From: Thermoplasmatota archaeon
Lineage (GTDB): Archaea > Thermoplasmatota > E2 > JACPAO01 > JAHFTW01
DNA: 64,000 nt
Assembly: GCA_049602735.1 (NCBI GenBank)
Contig: JBMYRW010000006.1
Span: 5,655-69,654, forward strand
Reading direction: 5' to 3'
Shown: positions 27,373-36,289 of the stretch, piece by piece
Numbering within the stretch: position 1 is the stretch's first letter
How the letters are laid out: the number at the start of each line of letters is the position of its first letter
The notes under the pieces: generated by a model
The model's database searches: none
What the model saw: the letters and a program-made list of their open reading frames with translations, nothing else
Told to the model about the DNA's origin: nothing
Position numbers and translations under genes: made by a program

Positions 27373-27657
27373 GCCGGACCGACCCCCGCCGCCGAAGCGC
27401 TCCGGCAGCCGGCGGTAGAGCGGCCACCACAGGAAACCCCCGACGAGACCCACGGCGGCGCCGAGCAGCGGCATGGCCCAGACGGCGTTGAGCGCCAAGG
27501 CCGTCCCCACGTTCAAGCCCGTCGTGGCCAGGTCCGCGAACACGCCGCCGACGCCGTACAGCAGGCCACAACAGAGTCCGATGAAGCCGCCGAAGGCACC
27601 GAAGTGGCGCGCTGCGTCCAGCGGCCCGGACAGTGACCCATGGGGTGCTTCCGCCAT
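27349..27657 (-). CDS. Small membrane protein
   Basis: Gly-rich TM helices FGAFGGFIGLCCGLLYGVGGVF and MPLLGAAVGLVGGFLWWPLY. Confidence 0.45.
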   Translation of the reverse strand: MAEAPHGSLSGPLDAARHFGAFGGFIGLCCGLLYGVGGVFADLATTGLNVGTALALNAVWAMPLLGAAVGLVGGFLWWPLYRRLPERFGGGGRSGSHGDERL

Positions 27658-27734
27658 GGACCAGGATGGGGGTGCGTTCCTCTTAGGGGTACCCGGGGCG
27701 GCAAGTAGATGCCCGCCCGAATGGTTCCCCTGTC

Positions 27735-28298
27735 GTGGACGTGACGCTGGGCCGCCTCCGCCTGTTCGTCTGGATCGCCGGACCGCTCGTTCCCCTCTCC
27801 TACGTCATCGGCATCGCCCGGGCACCGGAGCCCGAAGCGCTGTGGGGTGGCATCGTGGGGGCCGAACGCCTCGCCGTCGTGCCGTTCATGTTCCTGGCCG
27901 CCGCCGGCTTCTTGACGTTCGCCTACCACGTGCTGTACCGCCTCGACCAGGATCAGTTGGCGAGCCTCCGGTGGCCGTGGGGCCAGCAGGACGGCCGAGG
28001 GCTCCAGCGCCTGCTCGCCGCGTACGCGTTGTACCTCATCCCGTCGGCACTTTGGCTGGAGGCGACCCTGCTGCACCTGGAACGCGGCCAGGTCTGGACG
28101 CAGGTGCTCACGATCGCGGTCCTGACCCTCGTCTCCATCGGCATCCTGATGCTCGGACTCCTCTCCTGGAGCGCCCGCCGCGATGGCGTGCCGGGCGCCC
28201 CCTGGATGTTGGCGGCGGTCGTCGCCATGGGCATCCAGTCCATCCTCAATGACAACATCATCTGGGTGTGGAAGTTCCCTTGGGGCGGGGCCGGCTGA
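27735..28298 (+). CDS. Polytopic membrane protein
   Basis: GTG start. About five hydrophobic helices. No recognisable family. Confidence 0.5.
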   Translation: MDVTLGRLRLFVWIAGPLVPLSYVIGIARAPEPEALWGGIVGAERLAVVPFMFLAAAGFLTFAYHVLYRLDQDQLASLRWPWGQQDGRGLQRLLAAYALYLIPSALWLEATLLHLERGQVWTQVLTIAVLTLVSIGILMLGLLSWSARRDGVPGAPWMLAAVVAMGIQSILNDNIIWVWKFPWGGAG

Positions 28299-28399
28299 CC
28301 GACGGCCTGGACGCGAAACCAGGGGGCAAGGCCAAGGCCTGTTCGAGCCGCCTGCGAAGTGAGCAAACCCTGATGCCAGCCCCCGCCTTTTGGCCCTGC

Positions 28400-28750
28400 A
28401 TGCCCCGCGACGCCTCCGTCGACGACTGGTTCGCCGCCAAGGACCACCCCCAGGAGCCGGCGATGCAGGCGGTCCGCGACGTGATCCTGGAGGACGAGCG
28501 GATGGGGGAGTGCATCAAGTGGTCCACGCCGACCTTCACGTTCAACGGCAACCTCTGCTCCTTCAACCCGGCCAAGAAGTTCGTCTCCCTGCTGTTCCAC
28601 CGCGGCGCCGAGATCCCCGGCGACCACCCGCTACTCGTTGGAGACGGCAAGCTGGCGCGCACGGCACGGTTCGCCGACGTGGACGACGTAGCGGCCAAAG
28701 CCGACCAATTGCGGGCGGTCGTGGCGGCTTGGTGCGAGGTCAAGGCCTAG
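28400..28750 (+). CDS. DUF1801 domain protein
   Basis: ORF 28268 trimmed to MPRDASVDDWFAAKDHP (alternative ATG at 28373). Also AMQAVRDVILED...ECIKWSTPTFTFNGNLCSFNPAKKFVSLLFHRG. Confidence 0.75.
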   Translation: MPRDASVDDWFAAKDHPQEPAMQAVRDVILEDERMGECIKWSTPTFTFNGNLCSFNPAKKFVSLLFHRGAEIPGDHPLLVGDGKLARTARFADVDDVAAKADQLRAVVAAWCEVKA

Positions 28751-29139
28751 GCCGTCGCCGCGAGCACCTGTTCCAACGTGCGGGGCCGCCCGTCGCAGAA
28801 CACGTCGCGCGCGTGGTGCTTGGCGCCGAAGCGCAGGAGCTCCATGAGGATCGGCATGGTGTCCATGCCCATCGCGGTCGGCGCATAGCGGGGCCCGGTG
28901 GGGGTCTCGCGCTTGGAGAGGAGCCCCGCATCGACGAGCTCGCCCAGGCGCATGGAGAGCACGCGGCCACTGAGGCCCGGGTTGGCCTCCAAGTACTCGC
29001 TGAAGCGCGTCTTGCCCATCATCGCCGCATCCCGGAGGACCATGAACGCCCACTTGCGCCCCAGGACGCCCAGGGAGGCCGTGATGGGGCAGGACATGGG
29101 GATGTCATCGGCGGACACGCGGTCGCCACCGCTGGTCAC
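28747..29139 (-). CDS. HxlR family transcriptional regulator
   Basis: CPITASLGVLGRKWAFMVLRDAA...RFSEYLEANPGLSGRVLSMRLGELVDAGLL. Paralogue of the gene at 27019. Alternative ATG at 29097. Confidence 0.85.
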   Translation of the reverse strand: MTSGGDRVSADDIPMSCPITASLGVLGRKWAFMVLRDAAMMGKTRFSEYLEANPGLSGRVLSMRLGELVDAGLLSKRETPTGPRYAPTAMGMDTMPILMELLRFGAKHHARDVFCDGRPRTLEQVLAATA

Positions 29140-29263
29140 TATTTGTTCTTGGCTGCAGCCGCTGGCCCTTGGTTTCCCCGGCCCTCCGATCGCGGCATGG
29201 TTACATCTTGTTCCCTAGGCCTTTGAAGTACGCCCGCGCTTTGGCCGGTCTGGAGCGATCTCC

Positions 29264-29563
29264 ATGGCGAAGTACATGTACCTCTACAGCGGCGGACCGG
29301 GAATGGAAATGGACGAAGCGAAGCGCAACCAGGTGATGGCCGAGTGGGAAGCCTACTACGGCAAGATCGGCGGCAACCTCGCTGACCCTGGAGCCCCGTT
29401 CGGCGAGCGCGAGGCGGTCGGCGGCCAGCCCAGCGGCGTCAACGGCTACACGATCGTCGAGGCGGCGGACCTTGCGGCGGCCAAGGCGATGACCGACGGC
29501 CACCCGCACGTGGCCCACGGCGGCTCGATCGAGATCGTCGAGTGCATCGACATGTCCGGCTGA
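29264..29563 (+). CDS. YCII-related / dimeric alpha-beta-barrel-like small protein
   Basis: MAKYMYLYSGG... and GYTIVEAADLAAAKAMTDGHPHV resemble the YCII family. Divergent from the HxlR gene. Confidence 0.5.
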   Translation: MAKYMYLYSGGPGMEMDEAKRNQVMAEWEAYYGKIGGNLADPGAPFGEREAVGGQPSGVNGYTIVEAADLAAAKAMTDGHPHVAHGGSIEIVECIDMSG

Positions 29564-29670
29564 GCGCTCGCGACAGCCCCTTCCCCACCCTCCCCCCTCG
29601 ACCCTCGTCCCTCTCGATCCTTCCCTCGCCCCGGCCAGGCGCTTCTAAGGGGGCCGCTCCTTGCGCCCGC

Positions 29671-30294
29671 GTGCGCGAACAGCTCCCCTTCGGGGGCCAC
29701 CACTTCTTCGACCGCGTCGTCGCGCGTCGGCTCATGGCGTTCTACCAGCGCATCGCCGAGCGAAGGCCGGAGGCCCGCGCCATCGTGGACATGGGATGCG
29801 GGCCCGGGCACCTGGCAGCCGCGCTTGCCGAGGCCCACCCGGAGGCCACGGTGACCGGCATGGACGTCGACCCGGCTCAGGTGCGCATCGCGCGGCGCAA
29901 CCATCCTGGCACGCGGTTCCAGGTGGGCTCCAGTGACGCCACCGGCCTCCCGGCGGAATCGGCGGACTGGGTGCTGGCCACGGAGACCTATCACCACTGG
30001 TCGCGCCCCGCCGAGGCGCTCGCCGAGATCCACCGCATCCTGCGCCCGGGCGGCCGGTTCTGGATCGTCGAAGGCTGCGGCGACATGACCAAGGCGGAGC
30101 TAGCCGCGTGGACCGGCCGGCGTCCGTTTCCGGGGCTCATCTTCTGGGTCCGCCTCATCTTCACCCGCCATGGCTACCGCGCCGCCGCGTTGCAACGGGA
30201 CGTCGTCGAACGGCTGGAGGCCTCACCGTTCGGCGGCTGCGACGTGCAGCGCGAAGACGGATGGTGGATCGTCACGGCGACGAAGGCCCACTGA
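29671..30294 (+). CDS. Class I SAM-dependent methyltransferase
   Basis: ORF 29542 trimmed to the GTG at 29671. IVDMGCGPGHLA is motif I. Also VTGMDVDP and ILRPGGRFWIVE. Confidence 0.75.
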   Translation: MREQLPFGGHHFFDRVVARRLMAFYQRIAERRPEARAIVDMGCGPGHLAAALAEAHPEATVTGMDVDPAQVRIARRNHPGTRFQVGSSDATGLPAESADWVLATETYHHWSRPAEALAEIHRILRPGGRFWIVEGCGDMTKAELAAWTGRRPFPGLIFWVRLIFTRHGYRAAALQRDVVERLEASPFGGCDVQREDGWWIVTATKAH

Positions 30295-30347
30295 ACGGCC
30301 GCACGTGGGGCGCACAAACGTAAACGGCCGGCGGCGCTGCCCGCTGC

Positions 30348-31646
30348 ATGCCTCGCCGCCCATGGCCAGCGTCACTCATTGTGGCCGCTCTTCTTGCCGG
30401 TCTCCTTGCAGGCTGCACGTCGACGGAGCCCGAGGGAAGCGATGCACAGCCGATCACGACCGGACGCCCGGCGCTGATCGACGGCTTCCCACCCGAAGGC
30501 GAGCTGCTCGGGTTCGAACGGCTGGCGAGCCTCGCGACACCCCGCGCCGGCACGCCGGCCAACCCGTACAACCTGGCCCTGGGCGAGGACCTGCTCCTGG
30601 CAAGCGTGGGCAACCCGGCTGGCGGCCTCGTGCCCCCCATGGACCTGGCGGTCTTCGATGCTTCAGACCCGGCCCAAGCCCGGCTGGTGTCGCAGGTGAG
30701 CCTGCCCGGCGGCGGCGTGGAGTCGGTCGCCGTGACGCCCGACGACGCGTTCGGCTTCCTGGGCACAGAATTCAGCGGCGGTGTGGGCATCTGGGTGGTC
30801 GATCTCACGGACCCGGCGCAGCCGGTCCCCGTCGGTTACACGCCGATCGCCACGGAGGGGCCGCACAACATCCGCTACGCCAGCTTCGGCGGCCAGGAGT
30901 ACCTCTTGGCGAGCATCAGCCACGTGGCCACCCCCCTGGCGCTCGTCGGCTTCCCCCAAGACCCCCTCCCGGTGGTGGACCTGCGCGTGGACCTCTTCCG
31001 CTTCGACCGCGCCTCCCCGGAGACGCCCATGGAGCTGGTCTCGTCCTATCAGGCGGTCGACCCGGCTGGCGACGAACGGGGCGTGCGCCTCGTGCATGAC
31101 GCCGTCCACCAGACCCACCCCGTGACCGGCCAGGAGCTGATGTACGTGGCCCACTGGGACGCCGGCGTGCGCATCGTGGACATCACCGACCCTGCCGCGC
31201 CCCAAGAGATCGGCGTCCACGCCGACCCGGCGCCCACGGACTTCCTCATCATCCACACCGTCAAGCCCCACCCGGGCCTCCTGGGCGGTCGCCACATCAC
31301 GGTCGCCACCAGCCAATGCGCCTACGCGCCGGATTCGCCGTGCCACCTGCGCATCCTGGACACCACGGACCCTGCCAACATCACCCAGATCGCCACGTGG
31401 GAACTCCCCGACGGCACGCACGGCAGCGGCCTCACCAGTGAGATCTTCGACCTGCGGGACGGCCTGGCGGTCGTGCCCTGGGGCGGCGCCGGTACGTGGG
31501 CCCTGGACATCACCGACCCGACGGCCCCGGTGGCGTTCGGCTACGACCGTGTGCCGGGCTTCGCCAACGCAGCGGCGCTCAAGGGGGACGTCGCCTTCGT
31601 GGCGGACGCACAGGGCGGCCTCGACGTGCTACGCCTGCCCAACTAG
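30348..31646 (+). CDS. LVIVD-repeat beta-propeller lipoprotein
   Basis: Lipobox LLAGLLAGC. Repeats of the type GVGIWVVDLTDPAQP, AGVRIVDITDPAAP, LRILDTTDPANI and TWALDITDPTAP. Confidence 0.7.
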   Translation: MPRRPWPASLIVAALLAGLLAGCTSTEPEGSDAQPITTGRPALIDGFPPEGELLGFERLASLATPRAGTPANPYNLALGEDLLLASVGNPAGGLVPPMDLAVFDASDPAQARLVSQVSLPGGGVESVAVTPDDAFGFLGTEFSGGVGIWVVDLTDPAQPVPVGYTPIATEGPHNIRYASFGGQEYLLASISHVATPLALVGFPQDPLPVVDLRVDLFRFDRASPETPMELVSSYQAVDPAGDERGVRLVHDAVHQTHPVTGQELMYVAHWDAGVRIVDITDPAAPQEIGVHADPAPTDFLIIHTVKPHPGLLGGRHITVATSQCAYAPDSPCHLRILDTTDPANITQIATWELPDGTHGSGLTSEIFDLRDGLAVVPWGGAGTWALDITDPTAPVAFGYDRVPGFANAAALKGDVAFVADAQGGLDVLRLPN

Positions 31647-32329
31647 GCTGCAGGAACCGTCAGCAGCTGTTCGACGAACGCCCCGATGCGTCGCTCCCGG
31701 TCGACGAAATGGACCTCCAGGATCCATTCCAACCGGTGGCCGTTGCCGTCCAGGCCCCGCATGGGGCGGTCATTGCCGGGCATGACGAAGTTGTGGACCT
31801 TCTCGGGCGGCCGATCATGGGGGAACTCCCCGACCAGGTGGCCGCTGTGCCATTGCCCCAGCTCCCAGCCCCGCGCCCAGGCCAGCTCGCCCATGAAATC
31901 GAACAGCCCAGATGCGGTGAGGTCCGGCGTGGCGTCGTAATGGGCCTTCCCGAGGGTCCAGCACGCCTCGGCATCGGCGACGAGCCGGCGCTTCACCGGC
32001 TCATCCCCCAGGACGTAGGTGCGGCCGTAGTCGGCCTCCCAGTCGTCGAAGACCGGCCCCAGGTCGATGAAGACGATGTCGTCGTCCTCGATGCGGAGGT
32101 CCGGTGGGTTGTCATCGTAGGGGCAGAGGGTGTTGGCTCCGGCACGCACGATGCGCTTGTGCCAATGGGTGGACGTGCCGAACTCTGCGGCAGCAAGCGC
32201 ATGGATGTCGGCGTTGACCTCCGATTCCAAGCGGCCCGGGGCGATGAAGCCCAACTCCTCCACGCGGTCGAACAGGGCGACGGCCTTCGCCTCGGCGGTC
32301 CGGAGGGCGGCCTTCCGTTCGGCGGTCAT
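31643..32329 (-). CDS. M24 family metallopeptidase (creatinase/prolidase fold)
   Basis: DDDIVFIDLGPVFDDWEADYGRT (metal-binding Asp pair), HSGHLVG and EWILEVH match M24 metal-ligand blocks. Confidence 0.75.
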   Translation of the reverse strand: MTAERKAALRTAEAKAVALFDRVEELGFIAPGRLESEVNADIHALAAAEFGTSTHWHKRIVRAGANTLCPYDDNPPDLRIEDDDIVFIDLGPVFDDWEADYGRTYVLGDEPVKRRLVADAEACWTLGKAHYDATPDLTASGLFDFMGELAWARGWELGQWHSGHLVGEFPHDRPPEKVHNFVMPGNDRPMRGLDGNGHRLEWILEVHFVDRERRIGAFVEQLLTVPAA

Positions 32330-32586
32330 GGCAGATTGATCGCCTTGGCGAGCTTGGTGGCCTTCGCGCCGGCGTTGAACTCCATGAGCATCTCGCCGTA
32401 GAGGATCAGGAGCAGGTTGCCCCGCACTTCCGCCGACAGCCTGCTCGCCGGCACGGTCTCCTTGACGGCGCCCCGGAAGACCACCTGGCCCTTCTGGACA
32501 TCCGCGATCGCCTTGGCGCCCGTGCCCTTGACGATCCCTACGAGTTCAGGCACGCAGGATCTTCTCCATCGCCTTGCCTCGGGCAA
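32326..32586 (-). CDS. Hypothetical small protein
   Basis: GC3-rich ORF. Its stop overlaps the M24 ATG (ATGA). The only in-frame start is the TTG at 32586, which overlaps the DUF2200 3' end by 41 nt. Confidence 0.45.
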   Translation of the reverse strand: MPEARRWRRSCVPELVGIVKGTGAKAIADVQKGQVVFRGAVKETVPASRLSAEVRGNLLLILYGEMLMEFNAGAKATKLAKAINLP

Positions 32587-32893
32587 GCTCGTCCACCAGT
32601 TTGTCCAGCCACCGGATCTTCTGCATGAGTGGGTCCTCCACGTCCTCGACGCGCACGCCGCAGACCACGCCCTTGATGAGGCCCACGTTGGGGTTGAGCG
32701 CCGGCGCCTGGGCGAAGAACGCCTCGAAGGAGCGCTCGTCGGCCACCGCAGCCGCCAGGCCCTCGACGTCGTAGCCCGTGAGCCACAGGATCACCTCGTC
32801 CACCTCGGCCTTCGTGCGGCCCTTCTTCTCGGCCTTCTCAACGTACATCGGGTAGACCTTGGCGAAGGCCATCTGGAAGATGTTGTGCGCCAT
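32546..32893 (-). CDS. DUF2200 domain protein
   Basis: [37 protein letters not shown] is the DUF2200 signature. Confidence 0.8.
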   Translation of the reverse strand: MAHNIFQMAFAKVYPMYVEKAEKKGRTKAEVDEVILWLTGYDVEGLAAAVADERSFEAFFAQAPALNPNVGLIKGVVCGVRVEDVEDPLMQKIRWLDKLVDELARGKAMEKILRA

Positions 32894-33079
32894 TCAATCG
32901 ACCCGTTCGGCGTTGCGGGCCAGCGTCTTGAAGCGGACGCCGTCGGCCTGGGCGACCGTGATGGTGACATGGCCGGTCTTGCTGGTCTTCATGTCCTGCA
33001 CGACACCGGATTTTCCGGCGTGGGTCCCCTTGACGACGCGGCAGGCATCGCCGTCGGCCAACTCCACCTCTTCGCTCAC
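32894..33079 (-). CDS. Small KOW-motif protein
   Basis: GDACRVVKGTHAGKSGVVQDM is a KOW-like motif. 61 aa. The start overlaps the upstream stop. Confidence 0.6.
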   Translation of the reverse strand: MSEEVELADGDACRVVKGTHAGKSGVVQDMKTSKTGHVTITVAQADGVRFKTLARNAERVD

Positions 33080-33531
33080 GCTTCCGCCGCCTTCTTGATG
33101 TCCTCAAGGTCCTCGGTGAGCGCCTTCTTCATGGGCTTGGTGGCCATCCAGCCGGTGAGCGCCCACAGCAGCTTGGCGCCGAACGTCTGAGGCGTCCCCT
33201 CGAAGGTCATGGTGAGGCGGCTGCCGGCCCCGTCACTGGTGGGGTCGACGGACATGCGGGTCTGGTAGATGGAGCCGTGGCTCTCGGCGCGGGTGTCGTA
33301 GTAGGACGGCTCCTCGGCGGCGGTGATCCACATGGTCTCTGTGGCGTCGCGGCCGGCGAACGTGCGCGTCTCCTTCCACTTCAGCCCGACGATGGACGGG
33401 CCGGTCGCCGGCTCCAGGACCTCCAGGCTGTTGATGCCGCGGATGCGGTCGGCGGCGTTCTCGATGTCGGCGATGACATCCCAGACCGCCTGCGTGCTGG
33501 CCTCGATGTCGATGGAGAGGCTCATCTTCAT
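33076..33531 (-). CDS. SRPBCC family protein, paralogue 3
   Basis: ORF trimmed to MKMSLSIDIEASTQAVWDVIADIENAADRI.... Confidence 0.8.
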   Translation of the reverse strand: MKMSLSIDIEASTQAVWDVIADIENAADRIRGINSLEVLEPATGPSIVGLKWKETRTFAGRDATETMWITAAEEPSYYDTRAESHGSIYQTRMSVDPTSDGAGSRLTMTFEGTPQTFGAKLLWALTGWMATKPMKKALTEDLEDIKKAAEA

Positions 33532-33570
33532 GCTGCCAGCAGCGGCGGCGCGCCTCAAAAGGGGGCGCCT

Positions 33571-34083
33571 TCAGGAGGCAGGGAGGCCCACCAGGGCGGC
33601 GTCACCGGCGACCAGCTCCCAGGCCACCGGGCCCGTGGCGATCGACAACCGATGGCGGGTCTCGCTGCCGTCCTCTGTATAGCCTGCATCGAGCTTGAAG
33701 GACGCCGCAGGGTGGCCCGCCGCCTGGGCGCCGGCATAGATGGCGCCGAAGGAGTCCGCGATGGCCTCCAAGGGCCCGTGATGGTCTGCCTGCCAGGCCT
33801 CATGCGAAGGGATGCTGACCGCCACCATGCCTTCCGGGACAGCCACGCCGTCGGGCAAGGCCGCGACGGCGGCGCCCACCAGTTGCACGTAGTGACCGTC
33901 CTGTTCCAGGAGGGAGACGTCCAAGACGGAGCCCGTGGGGTCACGGATCTCTGTGCGGCGTGACCAGAACTTCCGCCAGGCCGCTGGCATCTGGGTCCAG
34001 AGCTCCTTCCAGGTGGCGCAGACCGGTATGCCCACGATGAGCATCGCCGGGGTCTCGACGCGTTCCAGGGACGGGTGCTCCAT
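33571..34083 (-). CDS. GyrI-like (AraC effector-binding / SOUL-like) small-molecule-binding protein
   Basis: ORF 33571-34704 trimmed to the ATG at 34083 (MEHPSLERVETPAMLIVGIPV...). WRKFW...HGPLEAIADSFGAIY is typical of this fold. Confidence 0.6.
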   Translation of the reverse strand: MEHPSLERVETPAMLIVGIPVCATWKELWTQMPAAWRKFWSRRTEIRDPTGSVLDVSLLEQDGHYVQLVGAAVAALPDGVAVPEGMVAVSIPSHEAWQADHHGPLEAIADSFGAIYAGAQAAGHPAASFKLDAGYTEDGSETRHRLSIATGPVAWELVAGDAALVGLPAS

Positions 34084-34127
34084 GGCGGTGGCGATGCCGG
34101 ATGCCTGGTTTGAAGCAGCCGACCCCG

Positions 34128-34757
34128 TCAGTACTCGTTGAACCCCTTGCCGGCCAACACCTTGGGTCGGAAGCGGACGATGCGGGCCACGCGGGTCTCC
34201 GCTTTCTTGGCGCCGGCGAGGTGGATGACGTAGCTGCGTTGGCGGCCGGGGGTCAAGGCGTGGAACGCTTCCGCCATCTCCGGGTCGGCGTCCATGGCGC
34301 CCACCAGCTCCTCCGGCAGCTCCAGTTCGCGTTCGACCTTGGGCGGCTTGATCCCTGCCTCCGCGTATCCCTTCGCCTCCTCCAGATAGGCCCGGATCGT
34401 CGCCTCCACCGCGGCGACGGCGCCGTTCTCGGTGAACTGGAACATGTCCGGGTGCTGGGTGTTGGGCCCCTGGCGCAGGAGGACGCCTTCCGGATCCTTC
34501 ATCAGGGCGGCGTTGAAGAACGACAGGCGGAAGTCCCCCTGGAGGGCGCCGATGATGACGATGTTGCGCCCCGCGTGCATGTACGTCGGATGGCCCCACT
34601 TGACGTGCTCCGAGAGCCCGGCATCGAGGCAGATGCGTCGCAGGGCGGCCACGCCATCCGCCCAGAGCTTCGTTGAGCACTCCGCCGTGTCGAACCGGTC
34701 GCAACGGCCACAGCCCTTGGCGAAGTAGTCCTCGATGTCGGTGATCATCTCCGGCAT
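34128..34757 (-). CDS. YdeI/OmpD-associated family protein with N-terminal DUF1801-like domain
   Basis: ORF trimmed to the ATG at 34757. HVKWGHPTYMHAGRNIV is the DUF1801-like part. EAFHALTPGRQRSYVIHLAGAKKAETRVARI is the YdeI C-terminal signature. Confidence 0.75.
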   Translation of the reverse strand: MPEMITDIEDYFAKGCGRCDRFDTAECSTKLWADGVAALRRICLDAGLSEHVKWGHPTYMHAGRNIVIIGALQGDFRLSFFNAALMKDPEGVLLRQGPNTQHPDMFQFTENGAVAAVEATIRAYLEEAKGYAEAGIKPPKVERELELPEELVGAMDADPEMAEAFHALTPGRQRSYVIHLAGAKKAETRVARIVRFRPKVLAGKGFNEY

Positions 34758-34838
34758 GCGCAAGGCTCGCAGCCGTCGACGGGCATAGAGCCTTGGCCCA
34801 TGCGCCACGGCTTCAAAGCCGGGCGCCGCTTGCGCCGC

Positions 34839-35096
34839 ATGGCCCGGTATACGCTCAAGGACCGCCCTCTTCGCTGCCAGCTTTGCGGTCACGACGACTT
34901 CCATTGGCATGAAGGCCTGCAGGAGTCCCGCCTCAGCACGTTCTTCGGCTTCGACTGGGCCAAGCCCGGCGTCGACAAGTTCACCTGCCGAGGCTGCGGC
35001 CTCACCCTCACGTTCGCCAGGCTGGCCGCGCCCCACGCGCCTGTCCAGGAGGGGCGCGAACCCGGCCCGGACCCCTTGTCGGCCCCAGGCCTCTAA
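34839..35096 (+). CDS. Small zinc-ribbon-like protein
   Basis: MARYTLKDRPLRCQLCGHDDF...FTCRGCGL (CxxC...CxxC). Confidence 0.4.
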   Translation: MARYTLKDRPLRCQLCGHDDFHWHEGLQESRLSTFFGFDWAKPGVDKFTCRGCGLTLTFARLAAPHAPVQEGREPGPDPLSAPGL

Positions 35097-35512
35097 CCGT
35101 CACGCGCGGCGCGGGGCGGCCGCACGTAGCTCCCCTGCGCGATCGCGACCGGCGCCTCCGGGCCATCCGTCCAGACCGCGACGGAGCCCACCACGGAACG
35201 CCCCGTCGCCTTGGCCAGCTCCGCCCGCGCGAACACCTTCTCCCCCTTGGCCGGCCGCAGGAACCGGATGGCAAGGTCCGACGTCAACGCGAGGGGCTCG
35301 ATGCGCCCAGCGGCGCCGAAGCACAGGAACCACAACGCCGCATCCGCCACGCCAAAGAGCGTCGGCCCCGACACGAAGCCACCAGGACGTAGGTCCGACT
35401 CCACGCAGGCCAGCTCGGCCACCGCGTGGCGCTCGCTCACCTCCACGCAGCGGGCACGGGCGTCCGGCCACTGTTCGGCGAGGAGGTCGTTGATGGCGGC
35501 GGGGGTGACCAT
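35093..35512 (-). CDS. PaaI-family hot-dog thioesterase
   Basis: ORF trimmed to the ATG at 35512. GGFVSGPTLFGVADAALWF and GRSVVGSVAVW fit the PaaI pattern. Confidence 0.8.
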   Translation of the reverse strand: MVTPAAINDLLAEQWPDARARCVEVSERHAVAELACVESDLRPGGFVSGPTLFGVADAALWFLCFGAAGRIEPLALTSDLAIRFLRPAKGEKVFARAELAKATGRSVVGSVAVWTDGPEAPVAIAQGSYVRPPRAARDG

Positions 35513-35637
35513 GGCGTGGGGCGGGCAGCGACGGAGTGCGTCAAAGGGGCGTCGGACGGCTACCGGCGTCGGATGGCTCGAACAGGCCACGGCCTGTGTG
35601 GGCAACATCCAAGTATTACCCACGCCCAGTAGAACCC

Positions 35638-35838
35638 ATGGCCACGACGCTTCACTTCGACACCAGGGGGCGCCTCACCATCCCCGCCCGGCTGCGACGC
35701 CATCTCGGCACCCACGTCGTCGCCATCCCGACGCCCAAAGGCATCGAACTCTACACCGCGCCTGAACACGTCGACCTGCCCGCCGACGCCGCCAACGTCA
35801 CCGGCGAAGACGCCGCCACGGCCGAAGTCGATGGTTGA
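35638..35838 (+). CDS. vapB: AbrB/SpoVT-fold antitoxin (VapB-like)
   Basis: MATTLHFDTRGRLTIPARLRRHLG is the swapped-hairpin motif. 66 aa. Overlaps the PIN gene by 8 nt. Confidence 0.75.
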   Translation: MATTLHFDTRGRLTIPARLRRHLGTHVVAIPTPKGIELYTAPEHVDLPADAANVTGEDAATAEVDG

Positions 35839-36196
35839 CTACGCCGACGCCGACCTGGTCACGGCCATCCTCAAACCCACGGACCACCTCAAGGCCCGCG
35901 CCGAGGCCCACCTCGCCCTGCACGACGTGGTCGTACCCTTCAGCGTCGGCATCGAACTGCTCTTCGTCGCCCGCAAACACGGCGTCCCGTGCCGCGACTG
36001 GATCGCCGCTGCCACCCGCCACTTCGACGTGGAGCGTGCCGACATTCTCCTCGCCGCCGCGCGCGCCCTGGACCTGGAACAGGTGGGCACCGTGTTCGAC
36101 GCCGTCCATGCCGCCAGCGCCCTACAGGACGACGGGCGGCTGCACACCACCGACCGGAAGATCAGGGCGTCGGGGTTTCCGATCAAGGGTTGGTGA
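35831..36196 (+). CDS. vapC: PIN-domain ribonuclease toxin (VapC-like)
   Basis: Conserved acidic positions: N-terminal D (MVDYADAD), E (VGIELLF), D (FDAVHAASAL), D (HTTDRK). 121 aa. Confidence 0.8.
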   Translation: MVDYADADLVTAILKPTDHLKARAEAHLALHDVVVPFSVGIELLFVARKHGVPCRDWIAAATRHFDVERADILLAAARALDLEQVGTVFDAVHAASALQDDGRLHTTDRKIRASGFPIKGW

Positions 36197-36238
36197 GCGG
36201 GCCGTTTCCGAGCAACACCACTTGGCGGCCCCTTGGAG

Positions 36239-36267
36239 CGATAATGCGATTCACTCTTGCATTATCG
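36239..36267. other. Perfect 9-bp inverted repeat CGATAATGC-n11-GCATTATCG
   Basis: Read directly from the sequence. It lies 43 nt after the vapC stop, at the point where G+C drops. Confidence 0.5.
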
Positions 36268-36289
36268 GCCGTTAATGGGATTTCCGAGC

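Noticed and set aside
33571-35036. Long N-terminal extensions of ORFs 33571-34704 and 34128-35036
   Set aside because: The extensions are Arg/Pro/Gly-rich and overlap one another. Family-typical N-termini begin at internal ATGs (34083 and 34757).
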